Shown: positions 10,412-21,200 of the stretch, one piece after another
Position numbering within the stretch: the first letter of the stretch is position 1
How the letters are laid out: the number at the start of each line of letters is the position of its first letter
Origin: Nemertoderma westbladi
Taxonomy: Eukaryota > Animalia > Xenacoelomorpha
Assembly: GCA_032718475.1 (NCBI GenBank)
Contig: JAUCBJ010006870.1
Location: 1-32,348 of the forward strand
Reading direction: 5' to 3'
DNA: 32,348 nt
Notes under the pieces: generated by a model
Database searches by the model: none
What the model was told of the DNA's origin: nothing
Seen by the model: only the letters and a program-made list of their open reading frames with translations
Made by a program: the position numbers and the translations under genes

Positions 10412-11407
10412 TAAGTATTTTGGTTTATATTATTAAGTAATTAAACAGGACTAATGATGATCCAACTCTAGCAAATGGAGCGGAAAAAATGAATTAGAAT
10501 ATTTTGGTTTATGTTGAGATTTATCAAGACGTATCATTAGCGAGAATCAGTAATCAAAAATATGTAATTTAAAGCTATAAATTTTGCTGTTTTTTAACGT
10601 ATTTCTATAATGAAAAATCCTTTTACTATTTTATTATGAAATATTTCGTAATACAAGTACAATTTTTAAATATCACCTGAAATAATCGGTAGTTGTGTTA
10701 CAGCTGAACAACCTAAGTCACATATACCTCGTAAATATAGATAGTCGTATTGTAAATGTGTGTATAACTTTTCGTCGTATCCGTATAGTAGTAGTAATTT
10801 CTTGCACCTTTCTATAGAAAGGCATATAAGCGTTTATTAGGTATTGTAAGCGTAGATAGAGATGTAGGGGAACTCAATACAATAATTATTATATTCTCCA
10901 TGTACTGGAATCTTTACTTGTATCGCTTTAATTTAAAATGGACTGGTACGGGTAAATGGACTGGACTGAAATACTGCATATAATCAAATTGTTTTGGTCA
11001 AATAACAAGTGCAACCAATAATGGTAGACAATTTAATCTCCCCCTTCCCTTGTCAAGGGGTTAGCATATTAAACATATCCTTGCAGCCTTGCCCTCTCGT
11101 GAACAAAGGCAATAAAAAGCAATGGAGAATCGATAAGAACCATCGGCCTATTTCCTTTGTAAACTATTTTTGAACTCTAAACATTATTAACACATTTTAG
11201 CGTGCGCAACGCATGAAGTGAAGAATATGTAGTCTTAGCGTATGCCTCTATATAGAGTATACAGGTATAGGATACATTACCGTTGAAAGCATTTTATTGT
11301 TGTGGGTTAGTATATTGAACGCATACCGCATTGTCTTATTTTAGTACTGAACCGCTTGGAATACGTAGGCCTACTAATGATAAACGTCGTATAGGCATAG
11401 TTATGGG

Positions 11408-11614
11408 TAGCACCTACGCGTAGTTATTCGTAGCACCTACGTGTAGTTCGCGTAGGACAGTAGGACCTACGCGTATCTACGCGTAGAACCTACGCGTATC
11501 TACGCGTAGAACCTACGCGTAGTTAATGTTGAAACTGAAACCAGAAACTGGTGACTGGGTGATGTATGACGCCTTGTGTATGACCCAATGTTTCGAACTA
11601 CGCGTAGGTCGAAA
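11408..11614. repeat. Cluster of palindromic CTACGCGTAG repeats
   Basis: About nine exact or variant CTACGCGTA(G) motifs, including a 23-bp tandem unit at 11466-11522 and a near-perfect 24-bp palindrome TTTCGAACTACGCGTAGGTCGAAA at 11591-11614. Confidence 0.85.
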
Positions 11615-12144
11615 AGATTTACCCTAGCTGTATTTGTGTAATATTTTTCTGGTACCAGTCTGGCACCTGACAGTCTTGATTGAGTCAGTGAGTCTGCCAC
11701 TCTGCCAGTGCTGCAGTGTTGATTGTAGCCTATTTGTAACCCTGTCAGCCTGTACTGCAACTGCAGTACTGTAACCATGTACCGGTAACTAATGAATGAC
11801 CTACCAGGCAGCGAGGCTACCACAAACAACCCCAAACCTCTGTGAAAATGTGCAGTCTATCAGTCTATACAAACTGTAGGCCTACTTCAGTACGGTACTA
11901 GATCTTCTGATCTTACTGCAGTACTGTCTTACCGGTACGCGGTAGGCCTAGGCAGGTAGGTACCTACTGCGGTAGGCCTAGGTATCTGTACAGAGTACAG
12001 CTGTGCTGTATAGAAATACTGAAATAGGCTGATCAGCTGATACTGCCTGACTGCAGTTATGTTGGTATTACTGGCTGACTACTGACTGGTATATCAGTAC
12101 AGCACCGGTATATGCAGATATTTAAGCCTACCTTAAACACATTC

Positions 12145-12557
12145 CAGTCAGGAACACTGGTCACAATATGTCCAATTTACAGCCAGAATGTGTCCACAGA
12201 AAACGCTCTCAGAGTGAAATTTCTCCATAGAAAACAATGCTAAATTTCATTTGAAAACCGGCAGTGAAATTTTAACATTGGCATTCTAAAAATTATGCCT
12301 TTAGAATCGCCATAAAACTCTGTATAAATTAATTTGAGAATTAGAATCTCATCGTTGGGATAACTATCATAATATTAAAAATAAAAATGTACCCAACCTC
12401 TGCTTTGAGTATAGTGGAGTTACAGCCAAAATATGTCTGGAACTATAATCGCAGCCTGTGAAGGACAAATAGTGGCTGCACGGACACTTTCTGGCTGTGA
12501 ATATGTGGACAATTTTTGGCTGAGCTTCAGCCAGAAAGTGACCAGTGTTCCTAACTG
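12145..12557. mobile_element. MITE (413 bp) with 20-bp TIRs and 5-bp TSD, hAT-like
   Basis: TIR CAGTCAGGAACACTGGTCAC versus reverse complement CAGTTAGGAACACTGGTCAC (19/20). TSD CATTC at 12140-12144 and 12558-12562. Subterminal CAGCCAGAA/CAGCCAAAA motifs at both ends. Confidence 0.85.
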
Positions 12558-13536
12558 CATTCGGCATACATACATTACAGCATTACATTAGCCTACTCAT
12601 TACTGCATTACCAGATTAGCATAGCATAGCCTTTCAGCCTATATACATTATGTAATTCAAATTACCCATCATTGAATCCGACATGAACTGTATGAGGTAT
12701 GTATTCAAAAATGGTTTCGGTACCTCGGTAACCATGGTATGGTACAGCAATCATGCCAGTCATTCAACTCAGTATCAGTACCAGTACCGGTACCGGTATC
12801 CTTAAAAAATTTGTCCCATTCAGCCAGTCTATCAGTCTATGTCTATCATTCCATTCACTTTATGAAGCTGGCCTACATCTCAATTTTCTGTGTGAAAAAA
12901 TTATGTAGCCCTATCCAATTTTTTTCTATTTTTTTCCTATCCTATTTTTTAAGCAAAACTTCCATGACATGCGTTGACTTCATGACTTCCATTTTTAACT
13001 TCCATGACAATTCTGCAATTAGCAAATATCGGTAGGGAGAAAAATGCACATCTCCTGGAAATAAACGTCTGAATGTTCACTTGTTCCTGTGCAGCTGTGT
13101 TCAGGCTGTCAGGTACTGACTACCAGACTACTGAGGTATGCCTTGCCTATGCCATGTGCGGAGTGCTGACTGCTAACCAATGCAGCAAAGCAGCATGCCA
13201 GCATGTTACATTTAATTTCAAATTTCTCACTCCATTCGCTAGTTAGTAGGCCTATATCTGTATATTGCATATTTGCATAGGCCTTGCCTATACCTATGCC
13301 TATACATACAGTAAAAACATGTGACAAGCCCATAAACCTGTGCATCAACTCAACACAGATTATTTCTACCTTCAACTCACACAAACACAATTGAATCATT
13401 TGTCGTAAATCCTCTGATCTTCAACCGGATACAGGATGTTCCGAGCTATCTACAGATCTAATACCATTTTACTAGAATATTAGTCAAAACATTAATTAAA
13501 TTCATAATAGTCTAATAGACTTGGAAGTTGGAAGGT

Positions 13537-13634
13537 GGGGCGAATCGGTTAACTGTCAAAGTCGATTCGTCCCAAGTCCATATGCCCCAAAAATCTGGGG
13601 CGAATAGGTCGAGGGGCGTATCGACGCGCACCCC
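13537..13634. repeat. GGGGCGAA-motif cluster, possible terminus of a non-autonomous DNA transposon
   Basis: GGGGCGAATCGG, GGGGCGAATAGG and GGGGCGTATCGA plus an inverted GATTCGTCCC within 100 bp. No matching second end found. Confidence 0.3.
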
Positions 13635-14962
13635 TGTTTAAAATATAATACCGGCTGACCGGTAATTTATATTTTACTAATAATATATGGATGTTGAAAA
13701 ACATAGGCCCTATATATATATATATAAACAATTTTGGCGTCCTTTAACCCTGACAACCAGCGAGTTTGATACCGTGTACTGACTGATACTTAACCGTGTA
13801 CTATAGAAAATGCCTGATTGAGTATGGAAGCCGATATCCTTTAGTGTATGGTACTACTACTGTTGTACTAGGGTAATAATATATTATGTAGAAATAATAT
13901 GAATGACTTTCATTATGTTATATTTATTCATTATCATTTTTAAGGGGTAAACACAGAGAGGAGAGGTAGGATAGTCTGAGCTTGGAAACCTTTGATTTCG
14001 ACAATGATGCGTTGTACACTTGCATTGGATAGTCCACCCACCCTATAGTGTGAATTGTATTGCTTTCTGGACACTGGGCTGCTGGACGTGGACACATGGT
14101 ATATCAGACCTTAATGTGGTTTGTTTGTGGTAAATCTGTACTAACGTTGTGAGTCTTAAATTACTGTCCAGGTAAATGACATTTATAATAATATATATTC
14201 TATATTTTGTACGAATACCCAATACCTATCTGCTTATTTTAGGGTGACTACAAAACAATATACTAGATAAGTCTTCGCGTTTAGTTGCATTGGTGATATG
14301 GAGTTCATCTTGTGATCTTGTGGTACCATTCGGAGATCCAGACTTAGGTTTTTTCGTTTTTGAAGCCCAGCGCTAGTAAACCGCCGAAGTAAAATATTGA
14401 ATTTCAAATCGAGAAAAAATGAAAATTTACCTTTAAACCAATTTGTATTTTTTGACATACTTTCTGTCCCATAGGCCAGGAGGTCCAGTCTTATTACAAT
14501 AATTTATTACTTTCATGAAATTAATTTTGAATATAAATATATTTATTAATAAATCAATCAATAAAGAGTAAAATTTAGAACATTGCACAAATAAATAATG
14601 TATAAATATATGTATATGTATAAAACACAATCAACATGAGCTTCAATTTGAATATTTGCATATTGACAGAGAATCATGAGAAAAATCAATTGGATTATAG
14701 AGTGGAAAATTTAAATTTAGATTATTCAATTGCGAGTGTTAATAAGTTGTTTTTCCTGACGCGGTGCGGTGCCAGTCGCTTGTGTTACAGTCACCATCAC
14801 CCATCAACCCCATCAAACAGTCCGATGTAGTGGTAGGGTGTGTCCACGGTTCCCACCACCGACGCCGCGTTTCCCATGATAATTGCCACCGCCAAGCGTT
14901 GCAGCAAAAACTGGTGCGACCGTTTTGAATTAAATTAAATATAATTATATATTTTTTTATTG

Positions 14963-15254
14963 AAGTAAATATAAGTAAGTAAAAAAAGTAACTTTTCTGC
15001 GGCCGTTAAGTCAGTGATTGCCGACAATATCTGACGACTTATTTCCAGCGGTTCCCCCAGAACTTATTCTCCCCAAAGGAAACTCCAATACTCAATTAGC
15101 TATTATTTAAGGGTGCAAGGCAGAGATGCGCCCTGGCTAGACCTTTCAAAGTATTCGTGTCGAAACGAAAACTGCCTTGGCACCCATGCGGGGTTGAACC
15201 CACGACCTCCACAGTGATGTGAATTCAATGCAACCACTACACCAGGGTGGGCCC
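14963..15254 (-). mobile_element. tRNA-derived SINE candidate (or tRNA pseudogene with tail)
   Basis: Minus strand has A-box TGGTGTAGTGG (15234-15244) and B-box GGTTCAACCC (15191-15200) at tRNA-like spacing, and a partial acceptor stem CACCC/GGGTG. The cloverleaf is degenerate. About 200 bp of body ends in a (TTAC)-like tail. No TSD found. Confidence 0.65.
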
Positions 15255-15425
15255 TCATTCTTGAGGAAAATTAATCGGGGAATAAAATATTATGTTATTA
15301 TTATTCAAGCACGTCAAGTAAATACCTTACCGGTTGTATTTTATATAAAAGGACCAGATAGTAACAAACTATAAAATGCGGCTTACGTTGCTTACAATGG
15401 TGATCAGCTGACGGCAGACCGCCGA

Positions 15426-15463
15426 TCAGTATGTTTGGCCCCGTTCAGTATGTTTGGCCCCGT
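15426..15463. repeat. 19-bp direct duplication TCAGTATGTTTGGCCCCGT x2
   Basis: Directly visible. A loosely inverted relative lies near 15689-15712. Confidence 0.75.
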
Positions 15464-15927
15464 GGCTGAAAGGAAGGCATTCTCAAGAGGTGAAGCTAAG
15501 AAATATCAGTATAGAGAAATCCCAAAGGGTAATGAAATGACGATGACTGGAGAGAGATGCGTGTTTCGGCTTGCTGATTACTGTGATTGACTGGCCTGCA
15601 TTTGTATAGGCTATAAAAAACATTTCAAGCTTTTGAAAAACTGTCGGTGTCATGTGAATAGTTTGAAATGAAAACAAACCGAACTGGCCGGGTGCAAACA
15701 CTGATCAGCTGACTTCCTTCAAATGGTTGCATGCAACTTCTAGGTCTAGTTGTGTTTTAGTTTTTTTCATAGTTGGTCCAAGCATACTGTTTTGTTTGAA
15801 ATGATAAATAATAAATATAATAAATTTTTGAAATAATAAATTTTTCTCAAATAAATACTTTAATTGAGTATTTATTTAATTGATTCGCTGTAGGCTAAAT
15901 TTTATCTGAAATAATTCGCGTGGGGGC

Positions 15928-16176
15928 TAGTGATGTTCCGGATCCTACTTTTTTAGATTTCTGGATCCGGATATTCAATTTTTTTGTCTGGATCCGGATT
16001 CCGGTTCCATAATGCTGCAATATACCAACAAACAGTCATTATCAATTAATATTCATAAGTACAGTAATTAATTGGATCCGGAATCCGGTTGCATTTTTTG
16101 TGATAAAAACCGGATCCGGATATTTCACAAATTTATGCCGGATCCTTACCGGATCCGGATATCCGGGACATCTCTA
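15928..16176. mobile_element. hAT-type MITE (249 bp)
   Basis: TIR TAGTGATGTTCCGGAT versus TAGAGATGTCCCGGAT. 8-bp TSD GTGGGGGC at 15920-15927 and 16177-16184. Many CCGGAT/ATCCGG subterminal repeats. Confidence 0.92.
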
Positions 16177-16368
16177 GTGGGGGCCATTTTTTGAAGTATT
16201 TAAATTGAAAAGAGTGACTGTCAAAACGTTAATTGAATATCACCTAGATAATGAACGTTTGCAAATGTTACAGTACCGGTACTTCATTATTCTGGGAATT
16301 TTAATATATATTCATCATATGTCACGTAATAGGAGTGCCATTTCACATAATGTTTTGCATATTATTGA

Positions 16369-16382
16369 TATTTTCTTTTTAG
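16369..16382 (+). promoter_or_regulatory. 3' splice acceptor upstream of the PNISR start codon
   Basis: TTTTCTTTTTAG|G, with AG at 16381-16382, 24 nt before the ATG at 16407. Confidence 0.7.
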
Positions 16383-16406
16383 GTCAAATAAATACACGCA
16401 ATAATA

Positions 16407-19265
16407 ATGGTCCCATCTTATCAAAGTGGTGCCTGGTCACAAAGCACTTCTGGAGAAACTAATGTTGATTGGGCCAGTTTAGCCAAACAGTGGATTGAGA
16501 AGAAAGATGATCAGCCTTCGCAAACTGTTGCTCAACATGAACTTGGCTCTTTTAAGCAGGTGCCTGGGTACCCTGAGTATGCTCCAGAGGGTCAGACTGC
16601 AGTAGCTGCAGCTGAAGAGACTGCAGTAGCTGCGGCCGAGGCTATGAGCAGTGAATGGTCAACAAACTGCTACTGGCCGTCCAGTACTGAAGCAGTTGAA
16701 AGTGAAAGTATACGGGGCATTGCTTCTAATTCTGGGGCAGTACAGACATTTAACTATGGCCATGGTGTTAACCTTTCTGCAGAAAATTCATGTTTGCCCA
16801 GTGCTGGTATGCAGACTTATGAGTACAACCATATCTCAGATGTGGCAGACCACAATTCTGATTACAGTAACCAAGATTGGAATGCTATTATGCATCAGTT
16901 TGGGTTACATGGTAAGTATGACCAAGTTCCTGACAGTTACAGTGGACTTCTAGGATCAGGCTCGTTGGACTTACCCAACATACTCCACACTAGGTCACCG
17001 TCACCCACCCTTGCAGTTGGATCCGGCATGCCAATTGCCAACATCAGCAGACAAAAACAGTTACCTGCGTGGCTAAAACTTGCATTAAGCGAAATTGAAC
17101 AAAAAAAGGAAAAAGAGCGGATGAGAGGAGAGAAGGCAAAACACATTGCAGCCGTACGTCAACGAAATTTGAAACAGTTAGAAAACAAGTGGGATTCTGG
17201 TAGTGGAGATGATATCGACAAAACCGTTGCCTCTAATGATGATATTAAGGTAGAACCAGCTGCAGGTGAGAATGATGGAAAGGATTCACGGGGCAGGAAA
17301 GAGTTAGGAATTGAGAAAAGCAGCAGTAGATCCCATCTATCTGATAGTAGACATATTGTTCATATTACTGCTGATGAACAGGAAGCGGCACTCATGCTCA
17401 AAGTGCGACGAATGCTTACGGATATATTGCTTGATGTGACTAATCAGGAAATACAGGCTGTATCTGGTGAGGTTTGGGATAAAATGAAGAAGTATCACGG
17501 TAGAGATAAAGGACGTTCTTCATTACTTGCAAACGATAAATTTTCAACATCCATTGCTGGCTTAGCTGGTTATAGTTCTGACAGTTGTGAATCTCCATCG
17601 AGCGATCAATCGAAAAATGACTCGAGTTCTTCTGATACGGACAATGAAGCAGAGGCAAAACGCAAGTGGGCAGCTTACCAGTCAAAGTCACATGCGAATC
17701 ATGGCGATCATAGTCAAAGTAGTGATGAAAGCAGCTACAATAACTCACAAAATTATATTTTACCGACTAATCAAAGACCCAACAAACCGAAAATAAGGAG
17801 GTTGTCTCATACATCAGACAAAGAAGTGAATGATAATCGTAATAATCGTCTAAATGTGCAGACAAATTATTCAGATAGTTCTTTAAGGGTTAAACCTCAC
17901 TATGAGAACGATGATTCTAGAAACTCTGATGACAATGATCTAGGTAAAGGACATTTGCATCGGTCTGAGGGAATGTCTGAAGTGGGTTCTAGAAATAGGA
18001 GAACTCAAGACAGTGGAGATACACACCATTCAAGGAGGTCACTGCAGACTGGCAATTATCGTAGTGACTCGCATAGATTGAGTACCGGTACTAAGGCGCT
18101 GCCAAGAGACAGAGTCCAGCGTGATATCAATTCACACAATCAATCTAAACGGTCATTATTGGTGTCGAGCTCAAGTAGCAGTGATTCGGATATTGCTAGC
18201 CAACCCAGGCAATTTAGGGATGGAGATGAGCAGATTATGGTTGACAAGCATGTGTACAGTAAAAAACGCCGTGTTGAGTTGGTATCCTCTGATGAAGGTG
18301 ATGAGGAGGAGGACCCTCGCAAAAAGCGTGTCCATCAGATCCACCAATCAGTGAGTCACACAAGTTTGTATGCTCACTCTCACTCACTGAAAGACCACAG
18401 TAAGCAGATACGTGGGCATGATGATTCCTCATCATCAGATATCGTCACATCAGCGGATTCTCCCGCACATGGAATATCGAATCAGCATTCTTTACGTTCA
18501 TCATCCAGGGGACATCAGAAATCTCAACTCTATTCTGAACAATCTTCTTCACGGCAACGTGGAAATGTTAGTAATAGATATAAGGATAATAATGACATAA
18601 GACGTAGTAGATCAAGGGAGGATGTTTCAAGTAGCCATAGATATAGACGTGAATTATCAAGTAGACATAGTAGGTCAAGAGACAGATACGGTGATGGACT
18701 TAGAACAAGAGATGTCCATCGACGAAGGCATAGTAGATCAAAAGAGGATCATTCAAGTAGACGTCGTAGTTCAAGGGAGGATCATCGAAGTAGAACTAGA
18801 CATAGTAGCAGTAGGCAAAGGGAGGATCATCGAAGTAGAACTAGACATAGTAGGTCAAGGGAGGATCATCGAAGTAGACATAGGTCAAATAGATCAAGGG
18901 GCGATCATCGTAAAAGAAATAGTAGATCAAGGGATGATCATGGGAGTAGACGTCATAGATCAAGGGGGGCTTCTTCAAGTGGATCAGGGGAGAACATTGG
19001 CCATTCTGGTGGAGGTCGTTACAGTGGAGGTCGTTACAGTGGAGGATCACAACTGAGAGAAACGAATGAAAATAGAATAAAGAAGATGGAAAAAAGGAAT
19101 ATAGCAATGGATCATCGTTTCATTCTTCAAAGTGAAAACCATTCATCTTCCACACACAGCAGCAGTTCCAGTCCAGAACACCATAGATCAAGGAAAGTAT
19201 CACCAACTATTTACCGCCCTAGAGGCGACAACCGGAGTTCTAGAAGACGACGGTCTAGTAGTTGA
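16407..19265 (+). CDS. PNISR: Arginine/serine-rich protein PNISR (SFRS18) homolog, single coding exon, 952 aa
   Basis: PNISR hallmark motifs VDWASLAKQWI, RSPSP..KQLPAWLKLALSEIEQKKEKE, MLKVRRMLTDILLDVTNQEI and GLAGYSS, followed by a long S/R/H/D-rich RS-type C-terminus. Confidence 0.9.
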   Translation: MVPSYQSGAWSQSTSGETNVDWASLAKQWIEKKDDQPSQTVAQHELGSFKQVPGYPEYAPEGQTAVAAAEETAVAAAEAMSSEWSTNCYWPSSTEAVESESIRGIASNSGAVQTFNYGHGVNLSAENSCLPSAGMQTYEYNHISDVADHNSDYSNQDWNAIMHQFGLHGKYDQVPDSYSGLLGSGSLDLPNILHTRSPSPTLAVGSGMPIANISRQKQLPAWLKLALSEIEQKKEKERMRGEKAKHIAAVRQRNLKQLENKWDSGSGDDIDKTVASNDDIKVEPAAGENDGKDSRGRKELGIEKSSSRSHLSDSRHIVHITADEQEAALMLKVRRMLTDILLDVTNQEIQAVSGEVWDKMKKYHGRDKGRSSLLANDKFSTSIAGLAGYSSDSCESPSSDQSKNDSSSSDTDNEAEAKRKWAAYQSKSHANHGDHSQSSDESSYNNSQNYILPTNQRPNKPKIRRLSHTSDKEVNDNRNNRLNVQTNYSDSSLRVKPHYENDDSRNSDDNDLGKGHLHRSEGMSEVGSRNRRTQDSGDTHHSRRSLQTGNYRSDSHRLSTGTKALPRDRVQRDINSHNQSKRSLLVSSSSSSDSDIASQPRQFRDGDEQIMVDKHVYSKKRRVELVSSDEGDEEEDPRKKRVHQIHQSVSHTSLYAHSHSLKDHSKQIRGHDDSSSSDIVTSADSPAHGISNQHSLRSSSRGHQKSQLYSEQSSSRQRGNVSNRYKDNNDIRRSRSREDVSSSHRYRRELSSRHSRSRDRYGDGLRTRDVHRRRHSRSKEDHSSRRRSSREDHRSRTRHSSSRQREDHRSRTRHSRSREDHRSRHRSNRSRGDHRKRNSRSRDDHGSRRHRSRGASSSGSGENIGHSGGGRYSGGRYSGGSQLRETNENRIKKMEKRNIAMDHRFILQSENHSSSTHSSSSSPEHHRSRKVSPTIYRPRGDNRSSRRRRSSS
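18600..18970 (+). repeat. Coding tandem repeat (~36-45 nt units, SRSREDHRSRxRH) in the PNISR RS domain
   Basis: Near-exact copies of AAGGGAGGATCATCGAAGTAGA at 18773, 18818 and 18857, with degenerate copies on both sides. Confidence 0.85.
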
Positions 19266-19445
19266 ATTAATGGTTAGTGATTAATTTTTTAATTAAATGG
19301 TAGACTACCGTACCTCGTTTGAGTGTCCTTGATAAACCGGCTCAGGAGAGCTATTGGATGGCTACCATGTTTGTTCACACCAAGAGTTTGCCAGCTCTGT
19401 GAAATAACAATCAGGTTGATCAACCCGCAATAACAGTTATAGCAT

Positions 19446-19655
19446 ATTTCTGATGGTGTGAATTGAGCAATTGTCTCTAATAGTGTGAAGGGGTGACAAA
19501 TTGTCTCTGATTGAGTAAATGGGCGAGTAATTGTCAATGGGTGACTAATTGTCTCTGATAGTCTGAATGGTTGAGTAATTGACTCTGATAGTGTGGGGCG
19601 ATTACTCAGATTTGATGTGGGTGCGTGACTAATTGGCTGTGACAGTGAGTGATAA
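19446..19655 (+). repeat. Degenerate ~30-bp tandem repeat downstream of PNISR (probable 3' UTR)
   Basis: AATTG(T/A/G)CT(C/G)T-type anchors at 19469, 19499, 19529, 19547, 19577 and 19631. Consensus is about AATTGTCTCTGATAGTGTGAATGGGTGAGT. Confidence 0.75.
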
Positions 19656-20057
19656 TTAAATTGGAATGGTTACTTGTTAGTTATGTTGTTGTGACCTGCA
19701 ACGCAGGTTAGTCTTCCGTTCTATTTATACAGATTTAAAACAAGTCAACATTTCGGAATAGGAACTAAGGCGATCAGGAATTCATTTGCTGAAGGCCAAG
19801 AAGATATCACGATCATATTTATACCATTGGATTGCTGGTTTATCTTGGATGCACATGAGAGAGGTGGTAGGCAATTAGGTGCATCTTGCCGCGTCGCTGT
19901 TATGATAGATTGATAGACTTGACTGAGACTTGAATATTTCAAGATCATTCCTCATTTACTATATTAATACCATTGTACTTGTTATTATATTTCAATTTAA
20001 TAGGCATATTGATCAACCAATATTAATATTTAATATATCTAATTTAAATTATAATAT

Positions 20058-21200
20058 TTGACTTCCGCCTACAAGAGTCTAGATTGTGACGGTAGTATTC
20101 TATTATATTTTTCATACGTCATACTCATACTTCGCCCACACAAAGTGTCTAAACGTATCACACAGTTTTTAATTGACTGTCCAAATAGGCATTGTCTATG
20201 AGTGCAAAACTATGGGACTTTGATGTGATTTGAATTTTTTGAGTCTCGTTTTCTGTGTTCTACACTTATATACAAAATTTATGCAGGGTTGACGGATACG
20301 TTGATTGACAATCAATCAAATAATGAGCGGCCAGACAGAGACGGACAGGAGTGATTTGGTCAGATTCGACCGTTAATTATTGTGGATTAACTTATGAAGC
20401 GGTTACAGAATAATATCTGCAAATATAATTCTGAGCAATTTTTCCTTAGTTCAGTGTAGACCATTACCTAGCAATTGTGGTAGAATTAACTTAAATTAAA
20501 TATGAAAATTATTTTATTTGAAAATTACGGGGATTTCAAAATTTAATTCTTACTTTTTTAATAAATTGCTTAATGAAAATATTAATTTCTTCCTGGTAAA
20601 TAATATATCTGGCGATGGCGGGAGATGTCAATTGAATTTGCACCTCAAAATTAGGCTATTATTATAAATTCATCTTTCTGGTTTCCACAGTAGCTAATTT
20701 AGTAAGAGTTACGTCTCTGTGACTCTCTTGCTTCTACCTAATTAAGTGAGGTTTACCTTTTGGAGACACCTCCGGTATTTGGTGGATTAAAAGGTTTTTT
20801 GTTATATATTGAAATTATGTGTATTTGTTAGTTCTTATGGTGATTTTCAAGGAAAAAGTTTAAATTTTCCGTCAATTTTATTCACATTTTTATGGTTTTC
20901 TTTCAGTCTAAATGCTACTCCTCCGTCAGTTTTAATACATTTTATGGAAATTTTCAGTCAATGATCTAAATATTGACCAATAAAACTTCTAAACTGAATT
21001 TTGAAATTTTGATCAGAAGTGTAATTTTAACTAAAAATTAAATTTTAATTTTTTCAAATTGTAGTCCCAAAACCTGGTATTAGTTTTTATTTTTGGCAAA
21101 ATCTCAATATGGCTGCCAGCCTACAAATTTCGAATCTTTGCATTGCCAGTGTTTTATCATTTCCAACAAATCACTAATAGGCGAGTCAATCTAGCCATAA
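20058..21200 (+). mobile_element. Helentron-associated (HINE-like) non-autonomous element, tentative
   Basis: 5' TTGACTTCCGCCTA with an immediate hairpin (20061-20096), then a CATAC microsatellite-like stretch. A gapped inverted copy TAGGCG--AGTCAA lies at 21178-21189. No TSD. The 3' hairpin is not clear. Confidence 0.4.

Noticed and set aside
15181-15254. Functional tRNA gene
   Set aside because: The anticodon and acceptor stems pair poorly and the T-loop is a base short. It fits a SINE head or pseudogene better.
16205-16462. 85-aa ORF overlapping the PNISR start
   Set aside because: TTG start, no motifs, and it crosses a strong splice acceptor, so it is probably intronic.
18622-19056. 144-aa alternative-frame ORF inside PNISR
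   Set aside because: A by-product of the tandem repeat lacking stops in that frame, with a non-functional-looking repetitive I/V/D/G composition.
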